A stretch of 64,000 nucleotides of DNA from Terrimicrobiaceae bacterium (GTDB taxonomy: Bacteria > Verrucomicrobiota > Verrucomicrobiia > Chthoniobacterales > Terrimicrobiaceae), in NCBI GenBank assembly GCA_044342325.1, contig JBIIPZ010000006.1, forward strand, positions 32,494 through 96,493. Direction: 5' to 3'. Positions 38,000 to 48,293 of the stretch are shown here, in pieces. Numbering within the stretch: position 1 is the first letter of the stretch; every line of letters begins with the position of its first letter. The position numbers and the translations under genes were made by a program. A model generated the notes under the pieces. It had not been told where the DNA came from and made no database searches. It was given only the letters and a program-made list of their open reading frames with translations.

Positions 38000-38866
38000 A
38001 TGACAAGCATGACAGGACACGGCCGTGGCGAGGCCCGGACCAAAACTTGGGTGGCCGTGGTAGAGTGCCATTCAGTGAACCGCAAGACGGCGGAAGTCGT
38101 CCTGCATACGGATCGCAGCGCTCTCAGGCTTGAGCCCGCCGTGCGCGAGCGGGTTCTCGAACGCGTTTCGCGTGGGCGGGTTCAGGTGAACCTCTCGCTG
38201 GCTTGCTCCAAAGGTTCGGGCCAAAGTTTTTTTGATGAAGAGCGCGCCTTGGACTTTGTGAACCAGGCCCGTCGTTTGCAGAAAAAACTTGGACTCGAGG
38301 GGGGTATCACCCTGTCGGATGTCATCGCCGCTCCCGGCGTCATTCAGGCTGCAGATTCCCAGATCGACGATGCCAGCGAAGTCGTCATGTCCGCGCTGGA
38401 TCACGCGCTGAAGGGTCTCGTCGCCACGCGGGCGAGCGAGGGAGCTACCCTGCAAAAAGTTCTCTCCAAAAGCGCGGACCGCTTGGCTGCCATCATAAAA
38501 AAAACAACACCGCTTGCCGGCAAAGTGACGGCCTCCTATCGCGAAACCCTGCACAGGCGCATCGAGCGTGCGGGATTGAGTCTCGCGGCCGACGACTCCC
38601 GTCTCGCAGCCGAGGTCGCAATCTTCGCGGAGCGTTGCGACATCACGGAGGAACTCGAGCGCGCCGCGAGCCATATCGCCCAATTCCGGGAAAAACTGGA
38701 CGCCAAGGGACCAGTTGGCCGAACGCTGGAATTCCTCACGCAGGAACTCGGGCGCGAATTCAACACGCTCGGCTCAAAGTCCGCACACACCACCATCTCC
38801 CGTCTCGTCATCGAGGCGAAATCGGAACTCGACCGCATTCGAGAACAACTCGCCAACATTGAATAG
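38000..38866 (+). CDS. yicC: YicC/YloC family endoribonuclease
   Basis: SMTGHGR, DITEELER, GRTLEFLTQELGREFNTLGSK, IREQLANIE. Confidence 0.92.
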   Translation: MTSMTGHGRGEARTKTWVAVVECHSVNRKTAEVVLHTDRSALRLEPAVRERVLERVSRGRVQVNLSLACSKGSGQSFFDEERALDFVNQARRLQKKLGLEGGITLSDVIAAPGVIQAADSQIDDASEVVMSALDHALKGLVATRASEGATLQKVLSKSADRLAAIIKKTTPLAGKVTASYRETLHRRIERAGLSLAADDSRLAAEVAIFAERCDITEELERAASHIAQFREKLDAKGPVGRTLEFLTQELGREFNTLGSKSAHTTISRLVIEAKSELDRIREQLANIE

Positions 38867-39479
38867 CCTCACCATCCACCGCAAAGGCATCCTCTTCGTC
38901 ATCTCCGCCCCTTCTGGAGCCGGCAAGACAACGCTCATCAGCTCGCTCCGCCACAAGCAGGATTTCGTTTACTCCGTTTCCTGCACCACCCGCTCTCCAA
39001 GGCCCGGAGAGGTTCACGGCGAGGATTATTTTTTTCTCAGTCAGGAGGATTTTCAGAAACATATCGCAGCTGGGGATTTTTTGGAGCACGCAGAGGTTCA
39101 CGGCCGTTTTTACGGAACGCTCAAATCCACCGTTCTGAAGCACCTCACCGCCGGGGTGGATGTCTTGCTCGATGTGGACACGCTTGGCGCGGCGAGCATC
39201 CGCGCGTGCAATGATCCCTTCATCCAAAGCGCGCTTGCGGATGTCTTCATCATGCCTCCAGGTCTTGATGAACTCGCGCGGCGGCTTCGCAAGCGCGGCA
39301 CCGAAAGTGAGGAGCAGGTCGCCACGCGTCTCCACAACGCTTCCGGTGAAATGCAAAAATGGCGCGATTATCGATATACCCTCATCAGTAGCTCGATGGA
39401 GGAGGATATTGAAAAATTCCGCGCCATCATGCGGGCAGAGCGCTACATGAGCAGCAGGCTTCAACTCGATTTCGCATGA
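38859..39479 (+). CDS. gmk: Guanylate kinase
   Basis: SAPSGAGKTT, SCTTRSPRPGEVHGEDYFF; probable TTG start at 38859. Confidence 0.95.
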   Translation: MNSLTIHRKGILFVISAPSGAGKTTLISSLRHKQDFVYSVSCTTRSPRPGEVHGEDYFFLSQEDFQKHIAAGDFLEHAEVHGRFYGTLKSTVLKHLTAGVDVLLDVDTLGAASIRACNDPFIQSALADVFIMPPGLDELARRLRKRGTESEEQVATRLHNASGEMQKWRDYRYTLISSSMEEDIEKFRAIMRAERYMSSRLQLDFA

Positions 39480-40021
39480 ACAAAAAAAATGTCATCCTCG
39501 GTATCAGCGGCTCAATCGCCTGTTACAAGGCTGCCGAACTGACAAGCCGCCTCACGCAGGCTGGGCGCAATGTCAATGTGGTGATGACAAAACATGCCAC
39601 CGAGTTTGTCGCTCCGCTCACTTTCCAGACACTGTCGCGCAATCCGGTCACAACAGGAATTTTCGATGAAAAGGAATCCTGGCATCCTGGCCACATTGCC
39701 CTGGCCGACTCGGCGGATCTTCTTTTGATCGCTCCAGCCACAGCGAACACGATCGCTAAACTCGCATGCGGGATCGCGGATGATGCGCTCACATCCATCG
39801 CTCTGGCATCCCAAGCCCCGCTTCTCATAGCGCCTGCGATGAATGGCAAGATGTGGATGCATGCGGCGACTCAGGAAAATGTCGCCCGTCTGAAATCACG
39901 AGGCGCCCATTTTATCGGGCCGGAAGAGGGATTGTTGGCATGCGGATATGAGGGAATCGGCCGCCTCTGGGAGACGATTGGCATTCTGGAGGAAGCTGAA
40001 AAAATCCTCTGCGCGGAATGA
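39476..40021 (+). CDS. coaC: Phosphopantothenoylcysteine decarboxylase (stand-alone CoaC flavoprotein)
   Basis: GISGSIACYK, HIALAD, APATANTIAK, PAMNGKMW, LACGYEGIGRL; no CoaB domain. Confidence 0.88.
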   Translation: MNKKNVILGISGSIACYKAAELTSRLTQAGRNVNVVMTKHATEFVAPLTFQTLSRNPVTTGIFDEKESWHPGHIALADSADLLLIAPATANTIAKLACGIADDALTSIALASQAPLLIAPAMNGKMWMHAATQENVARLKSRGAHFIGPEEGLLACGYEGIGRLWETIGILEEAEKILCAE

Positions 40022-40079
40022 TCGGAAAATTCCTGCAGGAGAAATTTTCATAAAAAACGATATTATTTGAAAAAAGGTG

Positions 40080-40141
40080 TTGACGTTGAAGTGCGTGAAA
40101 CTTATTCACAGCAGCAGTGAGTTATTCACATGATGTTCACA
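40080..40141 (+). promoter_or_regulatory. Promoter region with three direct DnaA-box-like repeats
   Basis: TTGACG at 40080; TTATTCACA at 40102 and 40122; ATGTTCACA at 40133. Confidence 0.5.
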
Positions 40142-40182
40142 AAAAATTTCCCGCATATGCGGAGAGAAAGGGGGGATATTAA

Positions 40183-40416
40183 ATGCCAGTAGCAAAGAAA
40201 CCTGCCGCTAAGAAACCCGCTGCTAAAAAGCCAGTTGCTAAGAAGCCAGTCGCTAAAAAAGCAGCCGCTGCCAAGCCTGCCGCCAAGAAAGCCGTTGCCA
40301 AAAAGCCAGTCGCCAAAAAAGCGCCTGCTAAAAAAGCACCAGTTAAGAAAGCTCCAGCCGCAAAGGCCCCAGCTAAAAAGCCCGCTGCCAAAAAAGCAGT
40401 AGCCAAGAAAAAGTAA
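40183..40416 (+). CDS. Histone H1-like Lys/Ala/Pro-rich nucleoid protein (Hc2/AlgP-like repeats)
   Basis: 77 aa made almost entirely of [10 protein letters not shown] repeats; G-rich SD upstream and terminator downstream. Confidence 0.85.
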   Translation: MPVAKKPAAKKPAAKKPVAKKPVAKKAAAAKPAAKKAVAKKPVAKKAPAKKAPVKKAPAAKAPAKKPAAKKAVAKKK

Positions 40417-40450
40417 CATTCCTGTCCCAGGACAGGTCTTAACAACCAAG

Positions 40451-40488
40451 ATGGGAGAAGTCGTAAGGCTTCTCCCATTTTGTTTTTT
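40451..40488 (+). terminator. Intrinsic terminator after the histone-like gene
   Basis: ATGGGAGAAG-TCGTAAGG-CTTCTCCCAT followed by TTTGTTTTTT. Confidence 0.85.
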
Positions 40489-40605
40489 GCGGAGTTCTCG
40501 ACCTGCTGAGTGCCTTCTCAATTCAAGTTGCTGGCACCTCGTTTTAGATCGTTTTTTCGTTTGCCTCTTCCGAGCTTTCCGTAAACTAAACGATTCTCAT
40601 CACGC

Positions 40606-43600
40606 ATGATTTCATCCACCGAAAAAGCCCTTCGCGACCTTCTCGCTCAACGCATCCTCATTTTGGACGGCGCGATGGGCACCATGATCCAGCAATACAA
40701 ATTGCAGGAAGCTGATTACCGCGGAGAACGCTTTGCGGATTGGAAAGGTCAGGATCTAAAGGGCAACAACGACCTGCTTGTGCTCACGAAGCCGGACATC
40801 ATTCGCGAGATTCACGGCAAATATATCGCCGCCGGTGCGGATATCATAGAGACGAACACATTCAATTCGACGACGATTTCCCAGGCCGACTACGGACTGG
40901 AGCATCTTGTTCCCGAGTTGAACTTGGCTGCGGCCAAGGTCGCGCGCGAGGCGGCGGATGCCGTCACAGACAGGCGCGTCTTCGTTGCGGGGGCGATCGG
41001 CCCCCTCAATCGCACGCTGTCTATTTCGCGGGATGTCAACGATCCGGGAAAACGCGAGGTGACCTTCGAGGAGGTTGCTGCCGCCTACACCGAGCAGATC
41101 GAAAACCTCGTCGCCGGCGGGGTGGACATTCTGCTTGTTGAAACGATTTTCGACACGCTAAACGCGAAGGCTGCACTTTTTGCAATAGCCCGATTTTTTG
41201 AAAAGCACCCGCGCATGCCAGTCATGGCATCGGGCACAATCACCGACCTGAGCGGAAGAACGCTCACCGGCCAGACGGTAGAGGCTTTCCTCAACTCCCT
41301 TGCCCACTTTCCGCTATTGTCCATCGGCCTCAATTGCGCTCTTGGTCCGAAAGAAATGCGGCCCTACATCGAGGAACTCTCGAACATCTCGCCGTTCTTC
41401 ATCAGCACATATCCGAATGCCGGTTTGCCTGATCCGCTTTCGCCGACAGGATTTCCCGAGACGCCCGAGAGCCTCGCTCCGCAGCTCCTCGAGTGGGCAG
41501 AGCAGGGTTGGCTGAATGTTATTGGCGGATGTTGCGGCACTACGCCAGACCACATCAAAGCCATCGCCGATGTGGTTCGTGGGCTGCCTCCACGCCGGAT
41601 TCCTGCCCGCACGACGACGCTCCGCCTCAGCGGTCTGGAGCCCTTCACCGCTCGCCCTGAGATTCCCTTTATCAATATTGGCGAGCGCACCAATGTGACG
41701 GGCTCGCCAAAGTTTGCGAAACTCATCCTCGCCGGAAACTACGACGAAGCCCTCGCCGTGGCGCGTCAGCAAGTCGAGGCCGGGGCGCAGATCATCGATG
41801 TGAACATGGACGAAGGCATGCTCGACGGCGCCGCGGCCATGACGAAGTTCCTCAACCTCGTCGCCAGCGAGCCCGATATTTCCCGTGTGCCAGTGATGAT
41901 CGATTCCTCGAAGTGGGAAGTCCTCGAGGCCGGTCTGCGCTGCGTCCAAGGCAAGTGCGTCGTTAATTCCATCAGCCTCAAGGAAGGTCCTGAAAAATTC
42001 AAGGAACAGGCCCGTCTTATCCGCGCTTATGGCGCCGCGACGATCGTCATGGCCTTCGACGAACAGGGACAGGCCGATAGTTTCGAGCGCAAAATTCAAA
42101 TCTGCGAGCACGCCTACCGCATGCTTGTCGATGAAGTGGGATTCCCGCCGGAAGATATCATTTTTGATCCGAACATCCTCACCGTTGCCACCGGCATCGA
42201 AGAGCATAACGACTACGCGAACGCATTCATCAACGCCACTCGCTGGATCAAGGAAAACCTCCCCTACGCCCGTGTGAGCGGCGGCATTAGCAACATCTCG
42301 TTTTCCTTCCGTGGCAATAATCCGGTGCGAGAGGCCATGCATGCCGCGTTCCTCTATCACGCCATCAAAGCCGGGCTCGACATGGGTATCGTGAATGCCG
42401 GCCAACTCGGCATCTATGAGGACATCCCTAAGGATCTTCTCGAACTCATCGAGGATGTTTTGCTGAACCGCCGTCCGGATGCCACCGAACGACTCGTCAC
42501 GTTTGCTGAGAATTTCAAAGCCTCAAAAACCGGCGGCACTGGCTCCGCTCCCGTGCAAGACACAGCCTGGCGCGAACTCCCCGTGGAGAAGCGCCTGCAG
42601 CATGCCCTCATCAAAGGCATCGTGGATCACATCGATGCCGACACCGAGGAGGCGCTGAACAAATACGGCAAGCCACTCTCGGTCATCGAAGGCCCGCTCA
42701 TGGACGGCATGAAAATCGTCGGCGACCTCTTCGGCGAAGGGAAAATGTTTCTGCCGCAGGTTGTGAAGAGCGCCCGTGTGATGAAAAAATCAGTCGCCTG
42801 GCTCACCCCGCTCATGGAAGCCGAGCGCGCCGCGAATCCGAATGCCCGCACGCAGGGCCGCATTCTGATGGCCACGGTGAAAGGCGATGTCCACGACATC
42901 GGCAAAAACATCGTTGGCGTTGTCCTGGCCTGCAATAATTACGAAGTCATCGACATGGGAGTCATGGTTCCGTGCGAAAAAATCCTCGCCACCGCGCAGG
43001 AAAAAAATTGCGATATTATCGGCCTCTCCGGTCTCATCACGCCATCCCTCGACGAGATGATCCATGTCGCGAAGGAGATGCAGCGCCAAGGTTTCACCAT
43101 CCCACTCATGATCGGCGGCGCCACGACCAGCAGGGCGCACACGGCTGTCAAAATTTCCCAGTATTACTCCGGCGGGGTAGTCCATGTCCTCGACGCTTCA
43201 CGCGCTGTGAATGTCGCGAGCTCGCTTCTCAGTCCTGATCAAAAACCCGCATTCCTCACGAACCTGGAATCCGACTACGAAAAACTCCGCTTCGAACATG
43301 CCGGCCGCCAAGCCGGGAAGCCAATGCTCCCGCTCTCAGAGGCCATCGCCAACGCACCCGAGCTTTCGCATCACAGCATCGCTGTTCCGGAACAAACGGG
43401 CGTGGTGGTTTTTGAATCGAAAGCGTCTGGAAATATTTCGCTAAAAGATCTGATTCCCTTCATCGACTGGTCGCCATTCTTTCATACATGGGAACTGCAC
43501 GGCCGATATCCTGGTATTTTTGACGACCCGAAATGCGGGGTCGAGGCGAAGAAACTTTTCGACGACGCCCAAGCGTTGCTGGCCGAGATTGTCGCCGATG

Positions 43601-44346
43601 ACAGCCTACAACTTCGCGGAGCGTGCGGACTTTTCCCAGCGAACCGCGAGGGCGAGGACATCGTCGTTTACACCGACGAAACACGCACCGAAGAAGCTGT
43701 GCGCTTCTACGGATTGCGCCAACAAATGAAAAAGCCTGAGGGGCAGTTCAACTTCTCCATCGCAGATTTCGTCGCGCCTGCGCCGGCAAGGGATTATGTC
43801 GGCGCCTTTGCCGTCACTTCTGGTCACAACATGCTCGAATTGGTCAAAAAATTCAAAGCCGCGCACGACGACTACAATGTCATCATGACCGAGGCCATTG
43901 CCGACCGCTTTGCTGAGGCGTTTGCAGAATATATGCACAAATTCGCCCGCGAAGTCTGGGGCTTTGGCAAGACCGAGAACCTGTCTCCCGAGGAACTCAT
44001 CCGCGAAAAATACCGTGGAATCCGCCCCGCTCCTGGCTATCCCGCGCAACCCGACCACACCGAAAAATGGGCGATCTGGAAGCTTCTCGACGCGGAGCGC
44101 AATACCGGCATCACGCTCACGGAGAGCCTTGCCATGTTCCCGGCGAGCAGCGTGAGTGGACTGTATTTTGGACACCCCGAGTCAAAATACTTTGCCGTCG
44201 GAAAAATCGAGCGCGACCAGATTGAGAGCTACGCGCAGCGGAAAGGCATGTCGTTCGAAGAAGCCGAGAAGTGGCTCCAGCCTTACCTCAACTACGACCC
44301 GGACAGCCAGCTCACACGGCCTTGTCAGCCGGGAGTCAGCAACTGA
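40606..44346 (+). CDS. metH: Cobalamin-dependent methionine synthase
   Basis: [39 protein letters not shown]. Confidence 0.98.
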   Translation: MISSTEKALRDLLAQRILILDGAMGTMIQQYKLQEADYRGERFADWKGQDLKGNNDLLVLTKPDIIREIHGKYIAAGADIIETNTFNSTTISQADYGLEHLVPELNLAAAKVAREAADAVTDRRVFVAGAIGPLNRTLSISRDVNDPGKREVTFEEVAAAYTEQIENLVAGGVDILLVETIFDTLNAKAALFAIARFFEKHPRMPVMASGTITDLSGRTLTGQTVEAFLNSLAHFPLLSIGLNCALGPKEMRPYIEELSNISPFFISTYPNAGLPDPLSPTGFPETPESLAPQLLEWAEQGWLNVIGGCCGTTPDHIKAIADVVRGLPPRRIPARTTTLRLSGLEPFTARPEIPFINIGERTNVTGSPKFAKLILAGNYDEALAVARQQVEAGAQIIDVNMDEGMLDGAAAMTKFLNLVASEPDISRVPVMIDSSKWEVLEAGLRCVQGKCVVNSISLKEGPEKFKEQARLIRAYGAATIVMAFDEQGQADSFERKIQICEHAYRMLVDEVGFPPEDIIFDPNILTVATGIEEHNDYANAFINATRWIKENLPYARVSGGISNISFSFRGNNPVREAMHAAFLYHAIKAGLDMGIVNAGQLGIYEDIPKDLLELIEDVLLNRRPDATERLVTFAENFKASKTGGTGSAPVQDTAWRELPVEKRLQHALIKGIVDHIDADTEEALNKYGKPLSVIEGPLMDGMKIVGDLFGEGKMFLPQVVKSARVMKKSVAWLTPLMEAERAANPNARTQGRILMATVKGDVHDIGKNIVGVVLACNNYEVIDMGVMVPCEKILATAQEKNCDIIGLSGLITPSLDEMIHVAKEMQRQGFTIPLMIGGATTSRAHTAVKISQYYSGGVVHVLDASRAVNVASSLLSPDQKPAFLTNLESDYEKLRFEHAGRQAGKPMLPLSEAIANAPELSHHSIAVPEQTGVVVFESKASGNISLKDLIPFIDWSPFFHTWELHGRYPGIFDDPKCGVEAKKLFDDAQALLAEIVADDSLQLRGACGLFPANREGEDIVVYTDETRTEEAVRFYGLRQQMKKPEGQFNFSIADFVAPAPARDYVGAFAVTSGHNMLELVKKFKAAHDDYNVIMTEAIADRFAEAFAEYMHKFAREVWGFGKTENLSPEELIREKYRGIRPAPGYPAQPDHTEKWAIWKLLDAERNTGITLTESLAMFPASSVSGLYFGHPESKYFAVGKIERDQIESYAQRKGMSFEEAEKWLQPYLNYDPDSQLTRPCQPGVSN

Positions 44347-44354
44347 TTTTAAAT

Positions 44355-46001
44355 ATGAAAACCCTCGTCATCGGCCACCGCAACCCGGATATGGACTCGA
44401 TCTGCTCCGCCATCGGATATGCGGAGTTCAAGCGCGCAACCGGAATGGAGGGCGCCGTAGCAGCGCGGTGCGGAAACACTAACCAGCGCATCGATTTCGC
44501 TCTTAACAAATTCGGTCTCGAGGCCCCTGTTTTCTTTGCGGATGTCTATCCCCGTATCGAAGATGTCATGCAGCGGAATGTCGTCAGCATCCACCGTGAC
44601 GCCCCTGTTTATCAGGCCATGACCCGCTTCGGTGAGGACAAGTTTCGCGGGCTGCCTGTTGTCGATGACGCGCGTAATTGCATCGGACTCCTCTCGGCAT
44701 TCAAGCTGGGCAAATATCTTTTCCCACCGATTGAGAACCTCTCCTCCAGCCGCATCGTCGAAGCCTCGATCGCACACATCCGTGAGGCCATCCGCGGAAT
44801 GCTCATCACTGGCAGGGAGGATGCCGTCATCCGTCCACGAACGCTCGTCGTGGCGGCGATGCTCACCGACTCTTTCAAAAAGCGACTCGAGCAGCTTGAT
44901 ATTCCTTCCACTGTTCTGATTGTGGGCGATCGTTGGAATATCCAGGAACTTTCCATCCTTGCTGGCGTTCCGGCTATTATCATCACGAATAACTTCTCTC
45001 CCCCGGACAAAATCCTCGCCCTTGCGCAGGAACACGGCACGACCCTGCTTTCCTCGCCAAACGATACCGCCACGACCACACTGCTTGCGCGCGCAGCTGT
45101 GACGGCGGGACAAATGCTTTCGCCGGATTTCACCTGCCTCTCGGTGGATGCCACTCTGCGGCAGACGCGGAACGACCTGGCGATGACATCGCAGTTCGCC
45201 TTCCCCGTGCTCGGGCCGCAGGGCCGCATGCAGGGAATCATCTCCAAAAGCGATCTCCTCCGGCCAGCTCCCCGGCAGCTGATTCTTGTTGATCACAATG
45301 AACTCACCCAGGCAGTTGCCGGTGCCGAGGAGTTGCCCATCGTCGAAATCCTAGATCACCATCGCATCGGCGTGGCTCCCACTCAGCAACCGATCCTCTT
45401 CATGAACCGCCCGGTGGGCTCCACCAGCACGATTGTGGCGGATTGTTTCCGCATGGCCCGCATTCCCATTCCCAAGCCGGTGGCGGGATTGCTCATGTGC
45501 GGAATGATTTCCGACACCCTGAATCTTACCTCGCCCACAACGACTGCTGTGGACCGCGAAATCATGCAGGAACTCTCCAAAATCTGCGGCGTGAAGCCGG
45601 GCGATCTTGCCAACGAGATTTTCAGTGTCGGCTCGCCGCTTCTAACCCTTTCCACCAAGGAGGTCATCACCGCCGACTGCAAGGAATATGACGAGCGGGG
45701 CGTGCTCTTCAGCGTCTCCCAGATTGAGGAAATCAGCTTCGCGCAATTCGAGAAGCAGCGCTCTGCACTCCTGGACGAGCTTGAGAAATACCGCGTGTCG
45801 CATGGTTACTTCTTCTCCACCCTTTTGATTACCGATGTGAACACCCAGAACTCGGTCCTGCTTATCAGGGGCTCCGAGAGTTTCACCCGCCTCATCGATT
45901 TTCCCGAGGACGGTCTCCACGCCTGGCGCTTGGACGGCATCGTGTCCCGCAAAAAACAACTCCTGCCATACCTCACGGAAACATTGGCGCGCATGGCCTG
46001 A
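44355..46001 (+). CDS. ppaC: Mn-dependent inorganic pyrophosphatase with CBS/DRTGG insert
   Basis: GHRNPDMDS, VGDR (DRTGG), VDHNE, LDHH, SDT, SRKKQ; start at ATG 44355. Confidence 0.92.
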   Translation: MKTLVIGHRNPDMDSICSAIGYAEFKRATGMEGAVAARCGNTNQRIDFALNKFGLEAPVFFADVYPRIEDVMQRNVVSIHRDAPVYQAMTRFGEDKFRGLPVVDDARNCIGLLSAFKLGKYLFPPIENLSSSRIVEASIAHIREAIRGMLITGREDAVIRPRTLVVAAMLTDSFKKRLEQLDIPSTVLIVGDRWNIQELSILAGVPAIIITNNFSPPDKILALAQEHGTTLLSSPNDTATTTLLARAAVTAGQMLSPDFTCLSVDATLRQTRNDLAMTSQFAFPVLGPQGRMQGIISKSDLLRPAPRQLILVDHNELTQAVAGAEELPIVEILDHHRIGVAPTQQPILFMNRPVGSTSTIVADCFRMARIPIPKPVAGLLMCGMISDTLNLTSPTTTAVDREIMQELSKICGVKPGDLANEIFSVGSPLLTLSTKEVITADCKEYDERGVLFSVSQIEEISFAQFEKQRSALLDELEKYRVSHGYFFSTLLITDVNTQNSVLLIRGSESFTRLIDFPEDGLHAWRLDGIVSRKKQLLPYLTETLARMA

Positions 46002-46013
46002 TTCCACAGCTCC

Positions 46014-46526
46014 ATGAAATTCGGCGACAATCTCACCGGCTCGCTACTCGTGGCGCATCCATGCCTACGCGATCCGAACTTCCGCCGGACCATTGTTTTT
46101 CTGTCACAGCATTGTCCTGAGGGGGGAGCGACGGGATTTGTCTTGAACCGACCGCTGCAAGCCCTGCCCGATGCCGCTGTGCCCGTCTTTTTCGGCGGTC
46201 CTGTGGGGATGGAGGAGAGTCTTCTCACGAGCCTCCAGTGGAGGGAAAATCCCTCTCTTGTTGCGTTCCGCGCCTTCACCGATGTGGGCAATGCCGAGTC
46301 GCGTCAAGGCTGGGAGAAGGGGCTTCGAATTTTTGAGGGCTACGCGGGTTGGTCTCCTGGCCAGCTTGAGCAAGAGATCGAGGGCAACACTTGGCTGGTC
46401 ATTCCGCCCACGCGCGAGCTGATTGAAATGAAGGAACCCGATACCGCATGGCAAAACATCATGCGAAACTCGGGCCCCCTCCTGCACCTGCTCTCCGAAG
46501 CGCCGAATGATCCGGGATTGAACTGA
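46014..46526 (+). CDS. YqgE/AlgH family protein
   Basis: LLVAHP..DPNFRRTIV, GFVLNRP, GGPV, GYAGWSPGQLEQE. Confidence 0.9.
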   Translation: MKFGDNLTGSLLVAHPCLRDPNFRRTIVFLSQHCPEGGATGFVLNRPLQALPDAAVPVFFGGPVGMEESLLTSLQWRENPSLVAFRAFTDVGNAESRQGWEKGLRIFEGYAGWSPGQLEQEIEGNTWLVIPPTRELIEMKEPDTAWQNIMRNSGPLLHLLSEAPNDPGLN

Positions 46527-46583
46527 GCCCATCCCCCGACCACGGCTTGCATTCTGCTCGGGCGGAGGCTTACTTTGGCTTCA

Positions 46584-47183
46584 ATGAGCGCGCTCCCTCA
46601 AAAAAAGCTGACACCGCAGGAATATCTCGCAATCGAACGGGGTGCGGATTTCAAGAGCGAGTTTTTCGATGGCGAGGTATTCGCGATGGCGGGGACTTCA
46701 AAAGAACATTCCCGCATCACGGTGAATCTCACGATTCAATTTGGCAACGCCCTCAAGGGACGGTTCTGTGAACCTTTCTCCTCCGATCTCCGTTTCAAAG
46801 TCAGCGCCAACGGCCTCTACACCTATCCCGACCTGACGATCGTTTGCGGTCCTGTCGATGTGGAGGACGAGCAGGCCGATGTTTTGCTGAACCCAACGCT
46901 CATCATTGAGGTGCTGTCTCCGGGGACGGAGCGCTACGACCGTGGTAAAAAATTTGATCTCTACCGCGAGCTGGATTCCCTCAAGGAATATGTCCTGGTC
47001 TCGCAGGATCAATATCGTGTGGAGCAGTTCCTGCGTGGAAATGGCTCGGAATGGGGCTACCGCGTCGCCTTCAAGGAAAATGAAATCGTCGAGTTCCCAT
47101 CGGTCGGATGTTCGATTTCGATCAAGGACATCTATGCGAGGGTCGCTTTTCCTTCAGACGAAGCGACTCCTCCCCAGGTGTAG
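46584..47183 (+). CDS. Uma2 family (DUF820) endonuclease-like protein
   Basis: EFFDGEVFAMAG, YPD, IIEVLSPGTERYDRGKKF..Y, EYVLVSQ. Confidence 0.9.
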   Translation: MSALPQKKLTPQEYLAIERGADFKSEFFDGEVFAMAGTSKEHSRITVNLTIQFGNALKGRFCEPFSSDLRFKVSANGLYTYPDLTIVCGPVDVEDEQADVLLNPTLIIEVLSPGTERYDRGKKFDLYRELDSLKEYVLVSQDQYRVEQFLRGNGSEWGYRVAFKENEIVEFPSVGCSISIKDIYARVAFPSDEATPPQV

Positions 47184-47190
47184 TCGGCAC

Positions 47191-47229
47191 AAAAGAAAAA
47201 ACCGGCCTGACAATTAGGCCGGTCTTTTG
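47191..47229. terminator. Bidirectional intrinsic terminator (Uma2 / pal)
   Basis: A-tract, ACCGGCCTGA-CAA-TTAGGCCGGT, then CTTTT. Confidence 0.75.
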
Positions 47230-47257
47230 CGTGGGGGAAATTTTGTGCTCGTTGGAT

Positions 47258-47758
47258 TTACTTCACAACGCCGAATTCTGCGCGACGATTCAAGGCCCAT
47301 GCCTGCTCGTTGCTGGCAGGATCTGCGGGCATTTCACTGCCGAAGCTTACGGTTTGAATCCGGTCGGCGCTGATGCCTGCATCGATCAAAGCTTGGCGAA
47401 CCGCTTGGGCACGGCGTTCGCCGAGGCCACGGTTGTATTCTTGAGTGCCACGCTCGTCGGTGAAGCCGGCGATGATGAGTCGCTTGGAGGAGTCTTTCAT
47501 CGCTGTGGCGACTTGCTGCACTTTGGAAGTTTCAGCTGGCTCCACGGCGTAGCTGTCGTAGCCGAAACGCACAGGCGAGAACTGGCCTTTGGTCACGCTG
47601 TCGCTGAAGAAATTCGCACCGCCTTCGAAGCGCTCGGAGAGCGGGGTGCTGGTCACGAAGTCGCCGTCAACTCCAGCGAACTGATCGGATTTCTTTTTGT
47701 TACAAGCAGAGAGAGAGACGACAGCGGCCAGCGCGAGAAGTGGAAGAAATTTTTTCAT
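47258..47758 (-). CDS. pal: Peptidoglycan-associated lipoprotein (OmpA-like domain)
   Basis: Lipobox LSAC; FGYDS, GFTDERGTQEYNRGLGERRA, NRRAEF. Confidence 0.88.
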   Translation of the reverse strand: MKKFLPLLALAAVVSLSACNKKKSDQFAGVDGDFVTSTPLSERFEGGANFFSDSVTKGQFSPVRFGYDSYAVEPAETSKVQQVATAMKDSSKRLIIAGFTDERGTQEYNRGLGERRAQAVRQALIDAGISADRIQTVSFGSEMPADPASNEQAWALNRRAEFGVVK

Positions 47759-47814
47759 GGCGTGAGATTGGATGATTTCAGCAAAAATTCAAGACGGAGG
47801 TTATGAATAATTCC

Positions 47815-47851
47815 AAAAAAGCCCGGTTGCACGCGGGGCGTGGCAACCGGG
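47815..47851 (-). terminator. Intrinsic terminator after rpsR
   Basis: Minus strand CCCGGTTGCCACGC...GCGTGCAACCGGG then CTTTTTT. Confidence 0.8.
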
Positions 47852-47869
47852 AGGTTTCGGCAGGGGAAA

Positions 47870-48109
47870 TTACTTCATGAGGAGGGCGGCGCGGGCGCGC
47901 TTGACCTCACGTGTGATTTTGCGGTGGAGGCTGGCGGACATGCCGGTCACGCGGCGTGGCAGGATTTTGCCGCTCTCGGTGACGAAGCGCTTGAGAAGAT
48001 CGGGGTTTTTGTAATCGATCGCCTCGATGTTGAGGTCCACGCGACGGCGTGGCATAGGACGGTTGGCGCGGCGGAAGTTCGAGCGGCGTTGTGGTGTTTT
48101 AGGCTGCAT
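47870..48109 (-). CDS. rpsR: 30S ribosomal protein S18 (no Cys)
   Basis: [26 protein letters not shown]. Confidence 0.95.
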   Translation of the reverse strand: MQPKTPQRRSNFRRANRPMPRRRVDLNIEAIDYKNPDLLKRFVTESGKILPRRVTGMSASLHRKITREVKRARAALLMK

Positions 48110-48115
48110 GGCGTT

Positions 48116-48289
48116 TTATTTGATTTCGCGGTGGAGTGTATGGCGGTTCAGATGGGGGTTGAACTTTTTCTTTTCGAGCCGGTTCGGTGTGCGTGGGCTC
48201 TTTTTGTTGCGTGTGGTGATGTAGCGCGAGGCGGGTTTGCCCTCGGCTTTGGCCTCGGTGCATTCGAGGGTGATGTTTTCCTGTGGCAT
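48116..48289 (-). CDS. rpmG: 50S ribosomal protein L33 (zinc-free type)
   Basis: [12 protein letters not shown]...YITTRNKK...[21 protein letters not shown]; start at ATG 48289. Confidence 0.93.
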   Translation of the reverse strand: MPQENITLECTEAKAEGKPASRYITTRNKKSPRTPNRLEKKKFNPHLNRHTLHREIK

Positions 48290-48293
48290 AGAT

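Noticed and set aside
40126..40521. Antisense hydrophobic ORFs (FLAAGFLA repeats) here and at 48622-49200
   Set aside because: They are mirror frames of the lysine-rich PAKK genes.
40490..40605. SAM or cobalamin riboswitch upstream of metH
   Set aside because: Only weak hairpins; no S-box or B12-box consensus.
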